In this document: piece by piece, positions 41,049 through 56,000 of the stretch
Layout of the letters: each line of letters starts with the position of its first letter
Numbering within the stretch: the stretch's first letter is position 1
Origin: Mytilus edulis
Taxonomy: Eukaryota
Reading direction: 5' to 3'
Assembly (NCBI RefSeq): GCF_963676685.1
Contig: NC_092348.1
Span: 56,792,001-56,856,000, forward strand
Length of the DNA: 64,000 nucleotides
Program-made: the position numbers and the translations under genes
Notes under the pieces: model-generated
The model's input: the letters and a program-made list of their open reading frames with translations, nothing else
Database searches by the model: none
What the model was told of the DNA's origin: nothing

Positions 41049-44000
41049 CTATTTGATCAAAATGCTTTTGATGTAATCTATTACAACATCCTCTTTCAGC
41101 ATATCTAGATGTTTAATTCCATGAAATTGCTTCGAATCAATAGGCTGTTTCTGAAGCGTTTTCCAACGTAGGCAACCTTCTAAACTTCGCAGAGAAACTG
41201 TATGGTCGCCATCTTCATTTATTGGCGTTGGCTGTTTGTCTGGCCACTCATCTTTTGTGTATACCAAGGTTTTGGCAGTTAGTAACCCAGAGCTGTATAA
41301 GCAGTGTACCTGGACATTCGGAGGTTTCATTGGATCTATTAAGTTCTCTGTGTCTTTCCTCATAAAATATCCATCGGGAAAATTTATATCTGTAAAAAAC
41401 TGTTTATAATCATTCACAGTATAATTTCTTGTCGGTGTCTGAATCAGAACTTCAGTTTTATTCCAAAACTGGTCTGAAGGCAACAGAAAAGCAGAACTTG
41501 GCATTGATCGTTGCACTGAACGTGCTCTTAGAGCCTTTACTGTCGCAATGTTCATATCGTCACCTAAAAAATATAGAGAATCACAATTATGATTATTGTT
41601 CGTGAACATTCAAAAGACGTATGTCTATTTACTTTATAGATATAAACTCGTCCATGTGTGTGTGTTTGTACACAGTGCTTTTAAAACGAAAAATGTCTGA
41701 ACCGTATTTCTAATTTTAATGAAGGTTGGCATCTAGAGATTGTAGTTATTGTAAGTTACTGACAAATTGAAACCGATTTTTTTATATGTTTTCCCTCTTT
41801 CTAAATTTGTATATTGGTGTTGTATCTGTCTGCCATTTTTACATCTTTTAAGAAAAAATATTGTTGAAACTAGGATTCTTGTCAAAAATTTGCATTTCAA
41901 TTGGTACTTTTGAATTTTTTGAAAAGGGTGGTACGTTTTAATGTTTTTCCCCGGTACGAATTCATTAAGTGGAATGTTTGTTAAAATTGTATATATATTT
42001 ACTAGTTTTTGGTGGTAAGACTAAAAGTATCAGTTCAAGTATTTACAGATTCATCTTGTTTCAAAATCGAATTTATTCTCGGTTTGTTTGCATACGGGCA
42101 ACAACAGAACTGTAGCTAATCTTGTTCGAATTTATTCTTTTTATTTGCATATAAATACAACAGCTTACAGTAGGTTACATTTACTAGAAACATGAATGAG
42201 GTACATATAATTAATAAAAATATCAAATACCAGACGCCTGCATCTTGATAGTTTTGACACTACCTCCCCATGGCGCAGATAAAGTGACGAAAGATCCAAT
42301 GAATTTGTCCTTCCATTCCTGGGGTTTCTGGTTAAGAAAGTAGAGTAACACAAGGTTACCTAAACTGTGACCTAAAAGCACAACTTTACTGTTGTTGTTG
42401 ATAGTGTATGTATCTTCTACCAGCTTTGTAAGTTGTGAATAATAACCACTCATTTCGTCTGAAAACAAAGTTAAGATTTTTAAAGTGATATAACACGTGT
42501 TTTTGAAATCGTAATTTTAATGAAATTATTGAACTAATGCAAAAAATTGAGAATGGAAATGGGGAATGTGTCAAAGAGACAACAACCCGACCATAGAACA
42601 GACAACAGCAGAAGGTCATCAAACAGGTCTTCAATGCAGCGAGAAATTCCTGCACGCGGAGGCGTCCTTCAGCTGGCCCCTAAACAAATATATTATTCTA
42701 GTTCAGTGATAATGAACGCCATACTTAACTCCAAATTGTACACAAAACCCTAAATAAAAAAATAATACAAGACTCTAACAAAAAAAGGCAGCGGCTCCTG
42801 ACTTGGGACAGGCGCAAAAAATGCGGCGGGGTTGAACATGTTTATAAGATCTCAACCCTCCTCCTATACCTTGTATGTTTGCTAAACTAATATGAGTTTT
42901 CTATGCACGGTTTTGTACATTTATTTTGAATCCATAACATATAATCGACAATTTTTCTTTTAGTTTCAACAGTATTTTTATTCAAACAAACTGAATTGGA
43001 TTGACCAATAGGCTGCTGCAAAGTCTATGTAAGCCCTCTCCATAAAACATGGAACAATATATTACATTCAAACAGGCACAAACACAATGGCAACACACAA
43101 TTAATTTGAAATAAAGTTTAATTTAGTGAAAAGTGTGTCTGCTTATAAACTTTCGTGTTTTATTGCCAAGTTTTACTTATTCAAAACTTACGTTAACAAT
43201 CAACAAAAAAACCCATTAAGCACGTGAAAATTTTTATTGCTTTTATTTCCTCTCACGAGGTAATCAGGAGAAATAACGTTCAAACCACACACATATTGAA
43301 AGAGTCTTTCAAAATTAAAATAAGAAGATGTGGTATGATTGTCAATTAGACAACTATCCACATAAGGTCAAATGCAGTGGCGGATCCAGAACTGTTTGTA
43401 AAGGGGGCCCCTGACTGACCTGGGGTCGCGCTAGTCACACTTCAGTGATTCCCTATATAATCAACCAAATGTTTTCCCCGGGGCCCGCCTGTGCAAACAC
43501 TGCAGAAAATAGATATAAGAAGATGTAACATGAGTGTCAATGAGTGCCAACTCGCCTTCAAAGTCACAATTTAGATGTAGACTAAATGATCAGCAAAGGT
43601 AAATGTGAATGTCATATTTCAAAATTTGATCAAAAAACGAGAAAAAACGAAAACTTTTTTTTCAAATTTTGAATTATTAAGTGCGGTTATTCTGATGTAT
43701 TGCTATCACATAAATTTCCATTATGCAAATTAGTTTTGGGTTTACAACCGATCTACAAAAAGAGTGCACACGCTGAAATGTCTCGCCTTATTTACTAATC
43801 ATTGATATAATGTTGATAGTCCTAAATATAAAGCTTTATTGCAACTGTCACATAAACTTAACATTTACCAAGAAATCTAAACATAGACCAATGAACCATG
43901 AAAATGAGGTCAAGGTCAGATAAACCATGGCAGACAGGCATGTACAGATAACAATTCTGCCATACAACAAATATAGTTGACATATTGCTTATATTTTGAG

Positions 44001-47000
44001 AAAAACAGACACAAAAAAAACCACAAAAAACCTATTGAGCAATGAACCGTGAAAATGAGATCAAGGTCAAATTAAATCTGCGCGACTGACAGATAGATCA
44101 TAAAATATATCCATTCACCAAATATAGTTGACCTATTGCATCAAAACTAAAAAAAACCTCAACTTTGACCACTAGACCATGAAAATGAGTTCAAGGTCAA
44201 ATGACAGTACACCTTACAATAATTCTATACACTAACTATGGTAGACCTATTGCACACAGTATATAAGAAAAACCGACAAAACACAAAAACTCAAGTTTAA
44301 CCACTGAACCGTGAAAAAGAGGTCAAGGCCAGATGTCACCTGCCAGCTGGACATGTACACATTACAGTCCTTCCATACACCGAATATACTAGAGCTATTG
44401 CTTATAGTATATGAGATGGACTTAACCTTGTTCACTGGTCCATTAAGTGACGTCGAGGTCAAGTGAAAACTGCCTGACAGACATGAGGACCTTGCAAGGT
44501 ACGCACATACAAAATAAATTCATCCTATTACTTATAATATGTATAATTAGAGAGAATTTAAGATTACAAAAAATCTAAACTTTTTTTCAAGTAGTCGTTG
44601 AACCATGAAAATGGGACCAAGGACATTGTTCATGTGACTGACGGAAACTTTGTAACATGAGGTATCTATATACAAAGTACGAAGCATCCAGGTCTTCCGC
44701 CTTCTGAAATATAAAACTTTTTGAAGTAAGCTAACGACGCCGCCGCCGCCACCGCCGGATCACTATTCCTATGTAGAGCTTTCTGCGACAAAAGTCGCAG
44801 GCTCGACAAAACTATAGATCCACGGTCATTATCTAGTACATTAAAAATAACATTACTTATCGCGTGTTTTAAATTCAATTTTTCAACAGATACTCATAAA
44901 AATATTGTTTTTAAACACAAATCAATAATAAGAAAATGTGCTGTCGTTATATAAAATTGAGAATGGAAATGGGGAATGTGTCAAAGAGAAAACTAGCCGA
45001 TCATAGAGCAGACAACAGCAGAAGGTTACCAACAGGTCTTCAATGCAGCGAGAACCGATGTACACGTACCGAAAAATTGTGTTAAAGCTTGCGGATATCT
45101 CAAGAACGTTTTGCGACACTCCCGGCAATGACCGGTAACTCTGTTATTGTTTTTGCGGGAAAAAGTGAATGGCTTCTCATATCCAATCTTTTAGAAAAAA
45201 ATGATTTTTTTACAGAAGAGTGTCCACACTGCACTATTATGAAAGTAGTAGATTAAAATGATATCGAATGGATGAAAATTATATATGTTCAAGCAGTCGT
45301 AATATTAATATAATAAATGTATATAGCAACAAACCAGTGCACATTCTTGGACTATTAGTGTATTAGTATAATAGTCCCAGGTATACTGATTTGTATCACT
45401 ACAATATAATAGCCATTATGGACGGTGTGGTTGAATATCCTGTTATTTATTCATCATCCACGCACGAACTTGTATCAGAAAAAAGATTATATCTCTGTAT
45501 ATTAACCTCAGTTTCAGGTATAGAGATGTGACCTTTTTCTGTTACATGCGTTTTTGACCATCCACAAGAACTTGCGGTCATCCGATGTTCAGTACTTCAG
45601 TACTTTGATTTAAAATGTAATATAATTTTATTTGATAATAACATTTTCAGATTAGAAACAAGAAATTATAATAAGTTTTTTGAACTGTTCTATATTATCT
45701 ATCTTTTTTTATTTCTACAGGAATATTGTTTCAAAAAACTGTACCGGAATATAGAAATGTTTTTTTTTCTCATAAAATTTGTTCTCGGAAGTAGTATGAA
45801 AAGACAATTACTTGTACTGTCCAATGAACGCAAGGCATATCTTGCATTAACATTTTGTTTATTGTGAAATAATAGTTCAGGTTGCAAGACTATTTACACA
45901 CTTATACATTAATAATCCTTTAGATTCATTATTATTCGTTGGATACCAATTTTGGTGGATTTCGTTGGTAAAGGTGAACCACGAAATTAAATGTTCAACG
46001 AATGACAAATTTTCTATAGGCTTGTTTGCGGACTTTTGCAAAACCACGAAATCAAATATCTACGAACATGCAAGTTTTCCTCAATCCACGAATATTGGTA
46101 CCCACGAAAATAAATGAATCCACAGTATCAGTATGTGATTCTTGTTTAAAAAGTTATTCATCCTAATTTTCTTGGTATGAATATGCATGTAATATTTGCC
46201 ACTGTCCGTTAAGAATCTTTACATCCATCCATTGTTAAGCCATCAGCCATGCCAATAGTTATGCGAATCTTCTATGAGATGAAATGCCAAATAATAAAAA
46301 TGCCACACATAACAAATGTATGCACATTCAACGCGTTATCGAAACGTATTGTGTGCACATATTCAGACAACGTCAACAGAACATGCACAGATCTATTGGT
46401 AACGTCTATGATATTTTGTTTGTAACGTCACAATAACGCACAGAAGAAACCTACTTCTCTGTTGTCGAAAGGAGCTGTTACTTCACGACCGCAAACATTA
46501 GCGTATATGATAAAACTGAATAGTCTTTGAAGATCTTGAGATTTAATTTTAAGAAGAATTAATCAAAGACGAAGGTAAGTTGCTATTTTCATATTTATAC
46601 AAATAGATAGAAAGTATTATACTTCGATAAAAATCCACTCGATTTCCGTACTAGTCCTGATATAGAGTAAGCGGGTTTGTTTGGTATTTGTTTTCAAACC
46701 ATTTTGGAAATAAATGACTCACAAATGAGTTTGGTGGGCATTATATTTGGTATCGATGTATAATAGACGGATTTTTTTCGCCTGTTTAAGATAAATATTT
46801 AAATGAGGTTCACCATAAAATAACAGAATTCTATATAGCTATTATTTGGAACTGTAAGAACATATATAGTAAAATAAAAGGCAATATATGTTAATGAAGT
46901 AATTCTGGCTTTGTTTTTGGTATTGCGTAATAGTCAAATCTAACTTTTAAACGTTGGGATTGAGTAACAGGAAGTTTGAAGAAGAAAAATCTACAAAACG

Positions 47001-50000
47001 AACTAATTCTAAACATTTATAAAAAAAAAAAAGAAAGAAAAAAGACGATAAGAAAAGAAACCACAAAAGCCATGTATAATCTTCATGTAAATACTCGCTA
47101 GTAAAGGAATGTTTATTTTTGTTCCCCTTTTTCAGATTTCCGTCTTTCTGCGTGCATGGTAATGTTATTTCATGGTTTTATCTTCTGCTTATATACGTCA
47201 GATGTTATATTGTTGACTTGGTTTATACTAGTTTTTCTCTTTTAATAACAGCATGTTCTTATGTCTGTTAAAAGTAACCCCCCTTTTTTTAAATTTATTA
47301 TAGTTTGACGATATGGTAGTAGACCAAGACTACCAGGATGAAGAAATGTTTTCTCAGTAAGTATATTATTTTAACTTATATCGTGCCGGCAAGACGACAC
47401 ATACATTAACCAAAGTCAGGGATGTTTTGTTGAAATTTATTTTTTCACGGAGGTATACGAAATTTAGTTCACCCTTTATTAAACCGGAGATTTGTTAGTC
47501 ATATCTTTAATCCACGAATATAGAAGATAGTCAAACATCCAGGGAGAAAACAGAATCGAGCAATACAAATATTGTTAGGCATGAATATCAATAAATTTTA
47601 TTCAAGGGATATTATAAAATTATTAAAACAAGTCTAAAAACTGAGGGAAATTTAGAAATGTACATGATAAAATTATAAGATATAAAGCAACTGCTCTTGG
47701 TGTCAAACGTATAAAGCGATGACCGTCTGCGTCAGAATTCCTAGTTTCCGCAAACCAAATTTATAGTTTAGGAAAAGACTGCTCTACAGTTCTATTTATG
47801 CGATCTGGTATTCGAGTACAAGACGCGAAGTGGTTAAAAAAAGACGTACGGACCAGGAGACGTGAGATACAAAATGTGTATTTTTTTTTACTTTTTTATA
47901 CAGTCCTAACGGCACAAACAGAAAGAGATCACCTTACTATTAGAGTTTAGCTTTAAATAAGGTCAATCTTTCTTCGATCTAGTAGATTTATTTCGACCCC
48001 CACTCATAAATTATGAACGTGAAGCATTGTTCGCTGTCTTAGTAGTATTATATATGACCCCATGTATATGCGCTTGCATTGTCCGGGTTCCCGGGTTCAA
48101 GTCATGCTTTTGTTTTAGATTTTTTTTCTGAATTTTCCATATAAAATGTATGGAACTAAATTAATGGATAATTGTATGGAAAAAAAAACATGTATATTTA
48201 AAGGGATAAGCAGTTGAAATAGTTTATCTGAAATGTATTAGAGACGTAGGTTGTCAAACACATTGACAAGTATAGAAGTTGATGTAGAGAAATTTAAATA
48301 TAACTAGAATACATCCGCGAAATTTCGCGGGCATTCAGAGCTTGCTTGAAAGTATATAAATTGTGGTAGGAAAGAATATTTTGTAAAATATTGAATTAAT
48401 GGAAGATTTCCTGAGGAAAGGTATTAAAAGTCATTGGTACTTTGGACAGGACAATTTTTTTTGGTTTTCTATAAATTTCAATAATTTTAGCGTTTATCTG
48501 TTTATTATGAACATTCATTACCATAAATAAAGTGTCTTTCCTTTTTACTATCAATTCTCAATTAACTAATCGATCCACGGCGGTCATTGACATATTATAT
48601 AGACTCTCTCTATTTAATAAACTCTGTGACCGCCGTGGATAGTAAACTTGAAAATGATAGCAGATAGCAAATACACTTTATTCATAGTATAACATGTATG
48701 TACAAAGAATACAGAAAAACGTAAACCGGAAGTCTAGGCTGACTGAAAATTCCGTCCAATGACGGAAACAATATATTTTCTTTCGTTTTCCTTCCAAAAT
48801 AACCCATACTGAATAATCATAAGCAAGGATGACAAGTGCGACAATAATGGTACCTATATGACACGAAGTGGGATGATTTATTTATTGTGAAAGAAAGAGA
48901 CGAAATGAATAGTGTAGAAGCCTGAGAAAAAAATCCAAGGGGTTACACACTATTGATGAAAAGAAAGCATTTGCCCTATCATTTTAAAAGGGTATATATG
49001 TATTCAAATATTACATACAACAATTGACCTATCATTTTAAAAGGGTATATATGTATTCAAATATTACATACAACAATTGACCTATCATTTTAAAAGGGTA
49101 TATATGTATTCAAATATTACTTACAACAATTGACCTATTATTTTAAAAGGGTATATATGTATTCAAATGTTACATACAACACTTGACCTATCATTTTAAA
49201 AGGGTATATATCCCAAACAAAAAAAAATGAGGAATAAATCATGGTAACAAATGATAAACAAATCGTATGATTTCTTTGTGATTTGAAAGTGATAAAATTT
49301 CACATGCAAATGAGCTAACAAATCACAATAACAAATCACGAACAAATTGCTTACAAATCATAAGCAAATCAGGGTAACAAATGATAAACAAATCGTATGA
49401 TTTCTTTGTGATTTGAAAGTGATAAAATTTCACATGCAAATGAGCTAACAAATCACAATAACAAATCACGAACAAATTGCTTACAAATCATAAGCAAATC
49501 ATAAACAAATTGCCAAGAAATTGTTTTGAAATCATTTACAAATCATAAGCAAATTGTTTTCAAATCGTTAAGAAATTGTTATCAAATCTTTAACAAATCA
49601 GAAGTAAATCATATTCCTACCTCAAGCAAATCACAAGCAAATCGTAATTAAATTGGCATCAATCATCAATTCACAGATTATATCATTAACATCCAGATCA
49701 AAAATAAGTTCTGCCCCTGAAACCCCAAAACTTTGAAGCGCAAGTGTCTTCATTTTACCTTTAATAGCTACTCCACTAATTGTAAAAAGAAGTACTATCT
49801 TTGGTTGCGATGAGGGACAAATTGTTCTTTGTGAAGTTTCTCTTACTTTTTACCCGAAATTTGAAAAAAAAACATAGGCAACCACGTGTACTTAGTAGAA
49901 TAATGTCGAATAGGTGATGGGTCTTAGTCCTGGTCCAAATCTGCTACATTGTAATATATATAGCTTTGTCCATTTTGCCCGGGACCTTGTCAGTAAACAA

Positions 50001-53000
50001 CAATTAAAACATTAAACTTGCCAGTGAATTTTATCTGCTGGCGCGGGAAGCTAGTCTTGAAATGTTTTGATCTGTTTACACATCTTTTACACATTTTTAT
50101 TTTTAAAATTAATCCTAACATCACTAAACTATCATGAGAATAACGAGATACTGAAATGCACAGTTTCTGAATTTTAAAGGTTAACATTTGAATAGTATTA
50201 GTTAAATATGTGAACTTATAAATATAAAGATTCCTTACCACCGTCATCTTTCATAGACTGAATAAAACTCCCCATCTTGCAACCTTCTTTGTTCAGTTAA
50301 TATAGAACAGTATTTGAAATTTGAATTTGACCTCAACCGGAAGTCAGAGAGATAGATAAACAAAGAAACCTGGAATGCATTAACATTTTATTCATTGTAG
50401 CAAATCATCAATGAATCACACCAAGATAGCTAAGAAAGTTAACAAATCATTTTCAAATCATTTCATATGATATTCAAAGTTAACAAATCATAACGAAATC
50501 ACACCGTTCTAGCGAACAAAGTTAACAAATCTCTTTCGAATCATTTCATACGATATTCTAAGTAAACAAATCATAAAGAAATCACACAAAAACAGAAACA
50601 AATGGCTTACAAATCATACCAAAGAAAGAAATCACATAGAAATCAGATTTAGGGAATTTGGAAAATTCTGATTTGTCTATGATTTGTTTAATGAATCGCA
50701 AGCAAATGGTACAAACAAATCGCAGAATCACGATTTGAAAGAGATTTGAAAACGATTTGAAAGCAATTTGTTCATTTGTTTTTCTGTTTGGGATATGTAT
50801 TCAAATATTACATACAACAATTGACCTATCCTTTTAAAAGGGTATATATGTATTCAAATATTACATACAACAATTGACCTATCATTTTAAAAGGGTATAT
50901 ATGTATTCAAATATTACATACAACAATTGACCTATCATTTTAAAAGGGTATATACGTATTCAAATATTACATACAACAATTGACCTATCATTTTAAAAGG
51001 GTATATATGTATTCAAATATTACATACAACAATTGACCTATCATTTTAAAAGGGTATATATGTATTCAAATATTACATACAACAATTGACCTATCATTTT
51101 AAAAGGGTATATATGTATTCAAATATTACTTACAACACATTACTTTATTTTTTTTAAAGGTCAGAACAGAAAGAGAAAACTCTTGAGTCAGATATTGATA
51201 TGGTTGAAAGAGAAATCAAAAGAAAGAATGAAAGAATCATCGAATTGGAATTAATGCTAGAAGAAAAGCAAGATTGGTTCAATCTGAAGTCTCAAATGGT
51301 AAAGAAGCTTGAAGGTGAACTCAATTATGTTCATGCTCGTCACCCAGAACGTTTTACCTTTGACGACGACGGGACAAGCTTGGTACCTAAGTCATTGGAA
51401 CAAACATTGAAAGATCTGGAGCGAGAAGAGAGAGAAGAAACATTTCGCACAAAGTACATGCCCGTTTATCATAAAGAAACGGAAATATTCCGTAAACGAG
51501 GCAAATACCCAACTAATGTCCCGTATTTTAATGAGGTATCTATGGCATCAGAATTTTTAAAGAAGAAATATTTAGAGGCGTTTGGCGAGTGTTTTTCTTT
51601 TGATTACAAAAAGAAGTCTTTTCCATTAAAACAAGACCCTATCTCTCGTAAACACATCAGACCATCTCAGTCATCGTTTATACAGCGAGAGGGCAACAGG
51701 AAATTCTTGGTTTCCGGTCATCTTGGTGAGACAGAGCTACTCCCAGCTGTCACAGAGGCATGTGATCTGGAAAGGTTTTCTGAAATTCCAGCAAACAAGT
51801 CTTTAACCGGGTTGGACGATTTAAAAGTTATGTATGCAATAGAAAATTTAACCAGGGACAAGAATAGTGAATATGATGAAGATTGCGACTGGAAAAACAT
51901 GACATCAATAAACATTGCCTATGAACTCAAATTAGATAAACAAGTCAACTTTAATGAGATTAGAAAGAAGTGTGGTGATACCCCTATAAAACTTGGAATC
52001 ATGACAAATGAATCAGTCGAGAAGAACTGGGGGCAAGGTGGAGAAAGTTTGAATATGTGGAGGACAAGGCCAAAGCTTGGACGCCCAAATTCACCACGAC
52101 CATCTAATGATAAAAAACAAGCAGACCGTGCTAATGTTGTAGAATTGATAAATGGAAATAATCAATTCAATACTGTGAGAGGAACCGCCAAAAAACTTCC
52201 AACTGAAACATTGAAAGAACATGGTCTCAAGAAATCTTTAAGCATGGAATCCGTATTTGTAGGAGATGGTACAAAAATGCGCCCACATTTTAAATGGCGG
52301 ATGGGCGACGAATGTGTTTCCTTAGAAAAGTATATAAATGTTTATACTAGAAATCCAGAAGAATTGTACGAAGCTGTTAAAAAACGGGCTATTGAAAAAG
52401 AGGAAGAAGAAGACTACGAGGAAAATGTATTGTATCATGAAGAAATCAAAGCTAGTCTAATCGGTATCGATGAAACTAAAATGAAGTCAAATTTAAGAAT
52501 TTTAGATAAATTTTTAAGAGAAGAAGAAGAAAAAGAAAAAAAGAAAGCTAAATCAACACTGAAACAAGTCAACACTGAGAATTGTGATGAGGCAATAGAT
52601 AGTACCCTTAATGAAGAAGTAAGAGCCGAGAAGGAAAAGACAGTTTTGCAACAAGACCAAACCGGAAGTTGTTATGAGGATATAGACGCTACAGATGAAG
52701 TCGGTGTTGAGAAGAAAATGAAAACTAGCTTTGACATAATTGAAGAAATCAAAGCTAGTATAATCGGTACCGATAAAGCTAAAATTAAATCAAATTTGAG
52801 AATTTTGGATAATTTGATAAGAGAAGAAGAAGAAAAAGAAAAAGCTAAATTAGAACTGAAACAAGTCCACACTGAGAATGCTGACCAGGCCGCCGTAGAT
52901 GTTACTGGTAATGACAAAATGAGTGACGAGAAGGAAAAGATAGTTCTGCCACCAGACCAAACCGGAAGTTGTTGTGAGGATACAGACGGTGCAAATGACG

Positions 53001-56000
53001 TTGGTTTTGAGAAGAAAATTAATACTTGTTTTGACATAATTTTTGAAAAACCAAAGAAAAGAATGTCTAAACCCAAACTCTCCTCCGAAAAAAGAAAAAC
53101 TGCCAACCTGATGCCTAACGTCATAGACCAGAATATTAAGAGGAATGAAAACAAAGAAGATGTAAAACTGGAGAAAAAGAAAGTTAATACTAGTTTTGAC
53201 ATAATGTTTGAAAAACCAAAGAAACATACTTCTAAACCCAAACTATCCTCGGGTAAAAGAAAAACCTTCAATCTGATGGCGAATATCACAGACCAGAATA
53301 TTAAGAGCAATGAAAATACTGAAGATGTTAAACTGGAGGAAAAGAAAGTTAATACAACATTCGACATTATGTTTGACGGTCCAAAGAAAAAAAGGACTAA
53401 ACCGAAACTCACTTCTGGTGGAAGAAAGGCAAAGTTTCAATTGAAACGTTCTAATGATGAAAAGAAAGACAAAAGTCATGATAACGAACAAAAAGAAGAT
53501 GCAACAACTGCTGACAGTCAAGTTGTTGTTGAAAATGTTGAAAAAGAGCATACATTAAAGGCAAATGTAAGTTTTGATGTCTTTTTCGATAGTCAAAAGA
53601 AACTGAAACCTAAACCAAAGCTGAGCTTTATCAATAGAAAGAAGGAAAACGAAACAAAAAGCAAAAGTGACGTTAGCGAAGTCCTAAAAGAAGAGAAACA
53701 TGAGAAATTGCCTATAGTACCTAGTAAAACAACTGAGGACAAACTATCAAATGGAGGAAAACTCGGAGGAAAGTTTACATATGGAAAACTCGGGAGAAAG
53801 TTTACCAGTGACGTCATCAGGAAAAATGACAATGAAATTAGGTTCCGATTCTCAATTCTCCATGGCACCACTATTATCCCAAGCAGAATCCCTGTTATGG
53901 TTAGGAGATTTGACGAACAAAACATGTCTTTAACCGGACTAAACAATGAACAGCCACACTTTAGATCCGCCAGAAATATTCCTGTCCGTATAATGAGGTT
54001 AACTAAAACAAACAAGGCAACTATAACTTGCCCGCTAGCTGTAAGATCGTTCCCGGAGAGCAAAATACCAGTTAGACGAGGAATTGATATTAAAATCAAT
54101 AGCACAGGAAATGCTAAAAGTCCGATTGGTGATGATAGGAGATCGCCTAGAAAAAGAGAGAGAGGTACAAAATTGCCCCGAATCACAAGGAAATCTAGAA
54201 TACCGGTCCGAATAAAGGGGTTTGTTTGGAAAACTAACGAGAGTGAAGACAAGCGAAAAACAGATGAAAGCAGACGCTTACTTGCTCCTCTAAGTAGAAT
54301 TCCAATTCCAAAAGATAAAATACGTCGTCCTAGTGACTGCATAATACCAAGGCTTGATCCGAATGAACATTTACCCCAAATATTTCATAGTAGTTCAAAG
54401 AGAGAAGAGCAAGTTAAATTTCCTGAAACAAACCGAATTCTTGTTTCCGGTACTCCCATGACCATAGGCGAGAAAGGCGAAAGAACTTATCCAGAATTCC
54501 TGCAGTTACCTTCTGTTATGGGAACGTTACCACCAATAGTCGGCAGAAGTGACACGTATGTAAACCGACCATTGTCAGCCTCTGGATTAAAAAAACTTCC
54601 GCCAATTAAAAGCACAAGCAAAACAACGGAAATGGAACGTCCGATGTCGTCTGTAAGGTTATCGCCGTTGTTTACCGCCTTTGAGAATACAGAAACCCGA
54701 CCACTATCGGCAATTGGATCACCAAAAGTTCCACCAATTATAGATGGCAATACGTTCGAAATGTATCGTCCTTCGTCATCATTATCTGGGTATGCACTAC
54801 TTCCACCTATTCCAAGTTATAAGCGAGGCTCAGTTGAAGACGATAAAGTACCAGTTGAAGAATCAAACCGATCGAGAGGAAACTGATGTATTACCCAAAA
54901 GGGCAGAATAATTATGATTTTTTTAATCTTATTTTCTTTTTATGTTTTGTTTTATTGATATAAAGATTTTTCTATACACTTGTTGTTTATTTATTAATTT
55001 ATGAAAAGAAAAAAGTCTACGAAGGAATCATTCTGAGAACTTAAACATAAATAAACATTTTTATTGGAACTGAAATTGGTATTTAATATTTATGAGGGTC
55101 TGTATGGCAGTGAAAGTTTGTTTTCATTTCTGTAGTCTTTAATTTATTTTGAGATATTTCTCTATCTATCCTTAATTTGCTTTGAGCATTATTTTCTTTC
55201 TCTTCGAGTATATACATAGATAAATAAAGGATTTTGAAAGATACTCGAAACGTATTATGCACATGGAAATATATGTGCTGGAGACGGATAAGATATATAC
55301 AGGAAAGAAATCAAAGTTTGCATGGACATCTTTCTCTTTTAACAAATCATGAAATAGTGTTATACTATCGACAAATTCATTTACTTTTCGATTGCTAAAA
55401 TCTGGATGAAAATAACACTCTAAATATTATGCGTCAAGGAGATTGACCTTCATGAGGAACGCTTTAAACCAAATACATGTATATAAAAGCAAGGAATATA
55501 TTTTAAAACAGGTTAAAACGGTAAGCACTACAGGATATAAGGTACCGAAAAATAGAAGTCCATTGTGTTGGCCTGTAGATTTATTTTGATTTGTTGTGTC
55601 ACTATCTAATTAAAGTACACTCACATCTCCTTTTAGGGTTAGTGTTAGGGTTAGGATTAGGTTAGGGTAAGTGTTATGGTTAGGTTAGAGTTAGGGTTAG
55701 ATGATACCTGCCAGACAGACATATACAGTTTACAATCCTTCCATACAACAAATATAGTTGACCTATTGCTTATAGTTTAAGAAAAATAGATCAAAAACAA
55801 AAAAACTTAACACTGAGCAATGAACTGTGAAGATGAAGTCAAGGCCAAATAAATCATTCAAGAGTGACATGTACATCATCAAATATTTCCATACACCAAA
55901 TATAACTGACCTACTGCATTTAGTTTTTAGTAGAAAAAAAAGACCAAAACTCAAAAACTTAACTTTGTCCAATGAACCAGGTGCCGAAGACCTTACAATT

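Noticed and set aside
52672-54750. Long minus-strand ORFs (246 aa, 249 aa and others)
   Set aside because: Antisense shadows of the Lys/Glu-rich plus-strand exon, with no independent coding signal.
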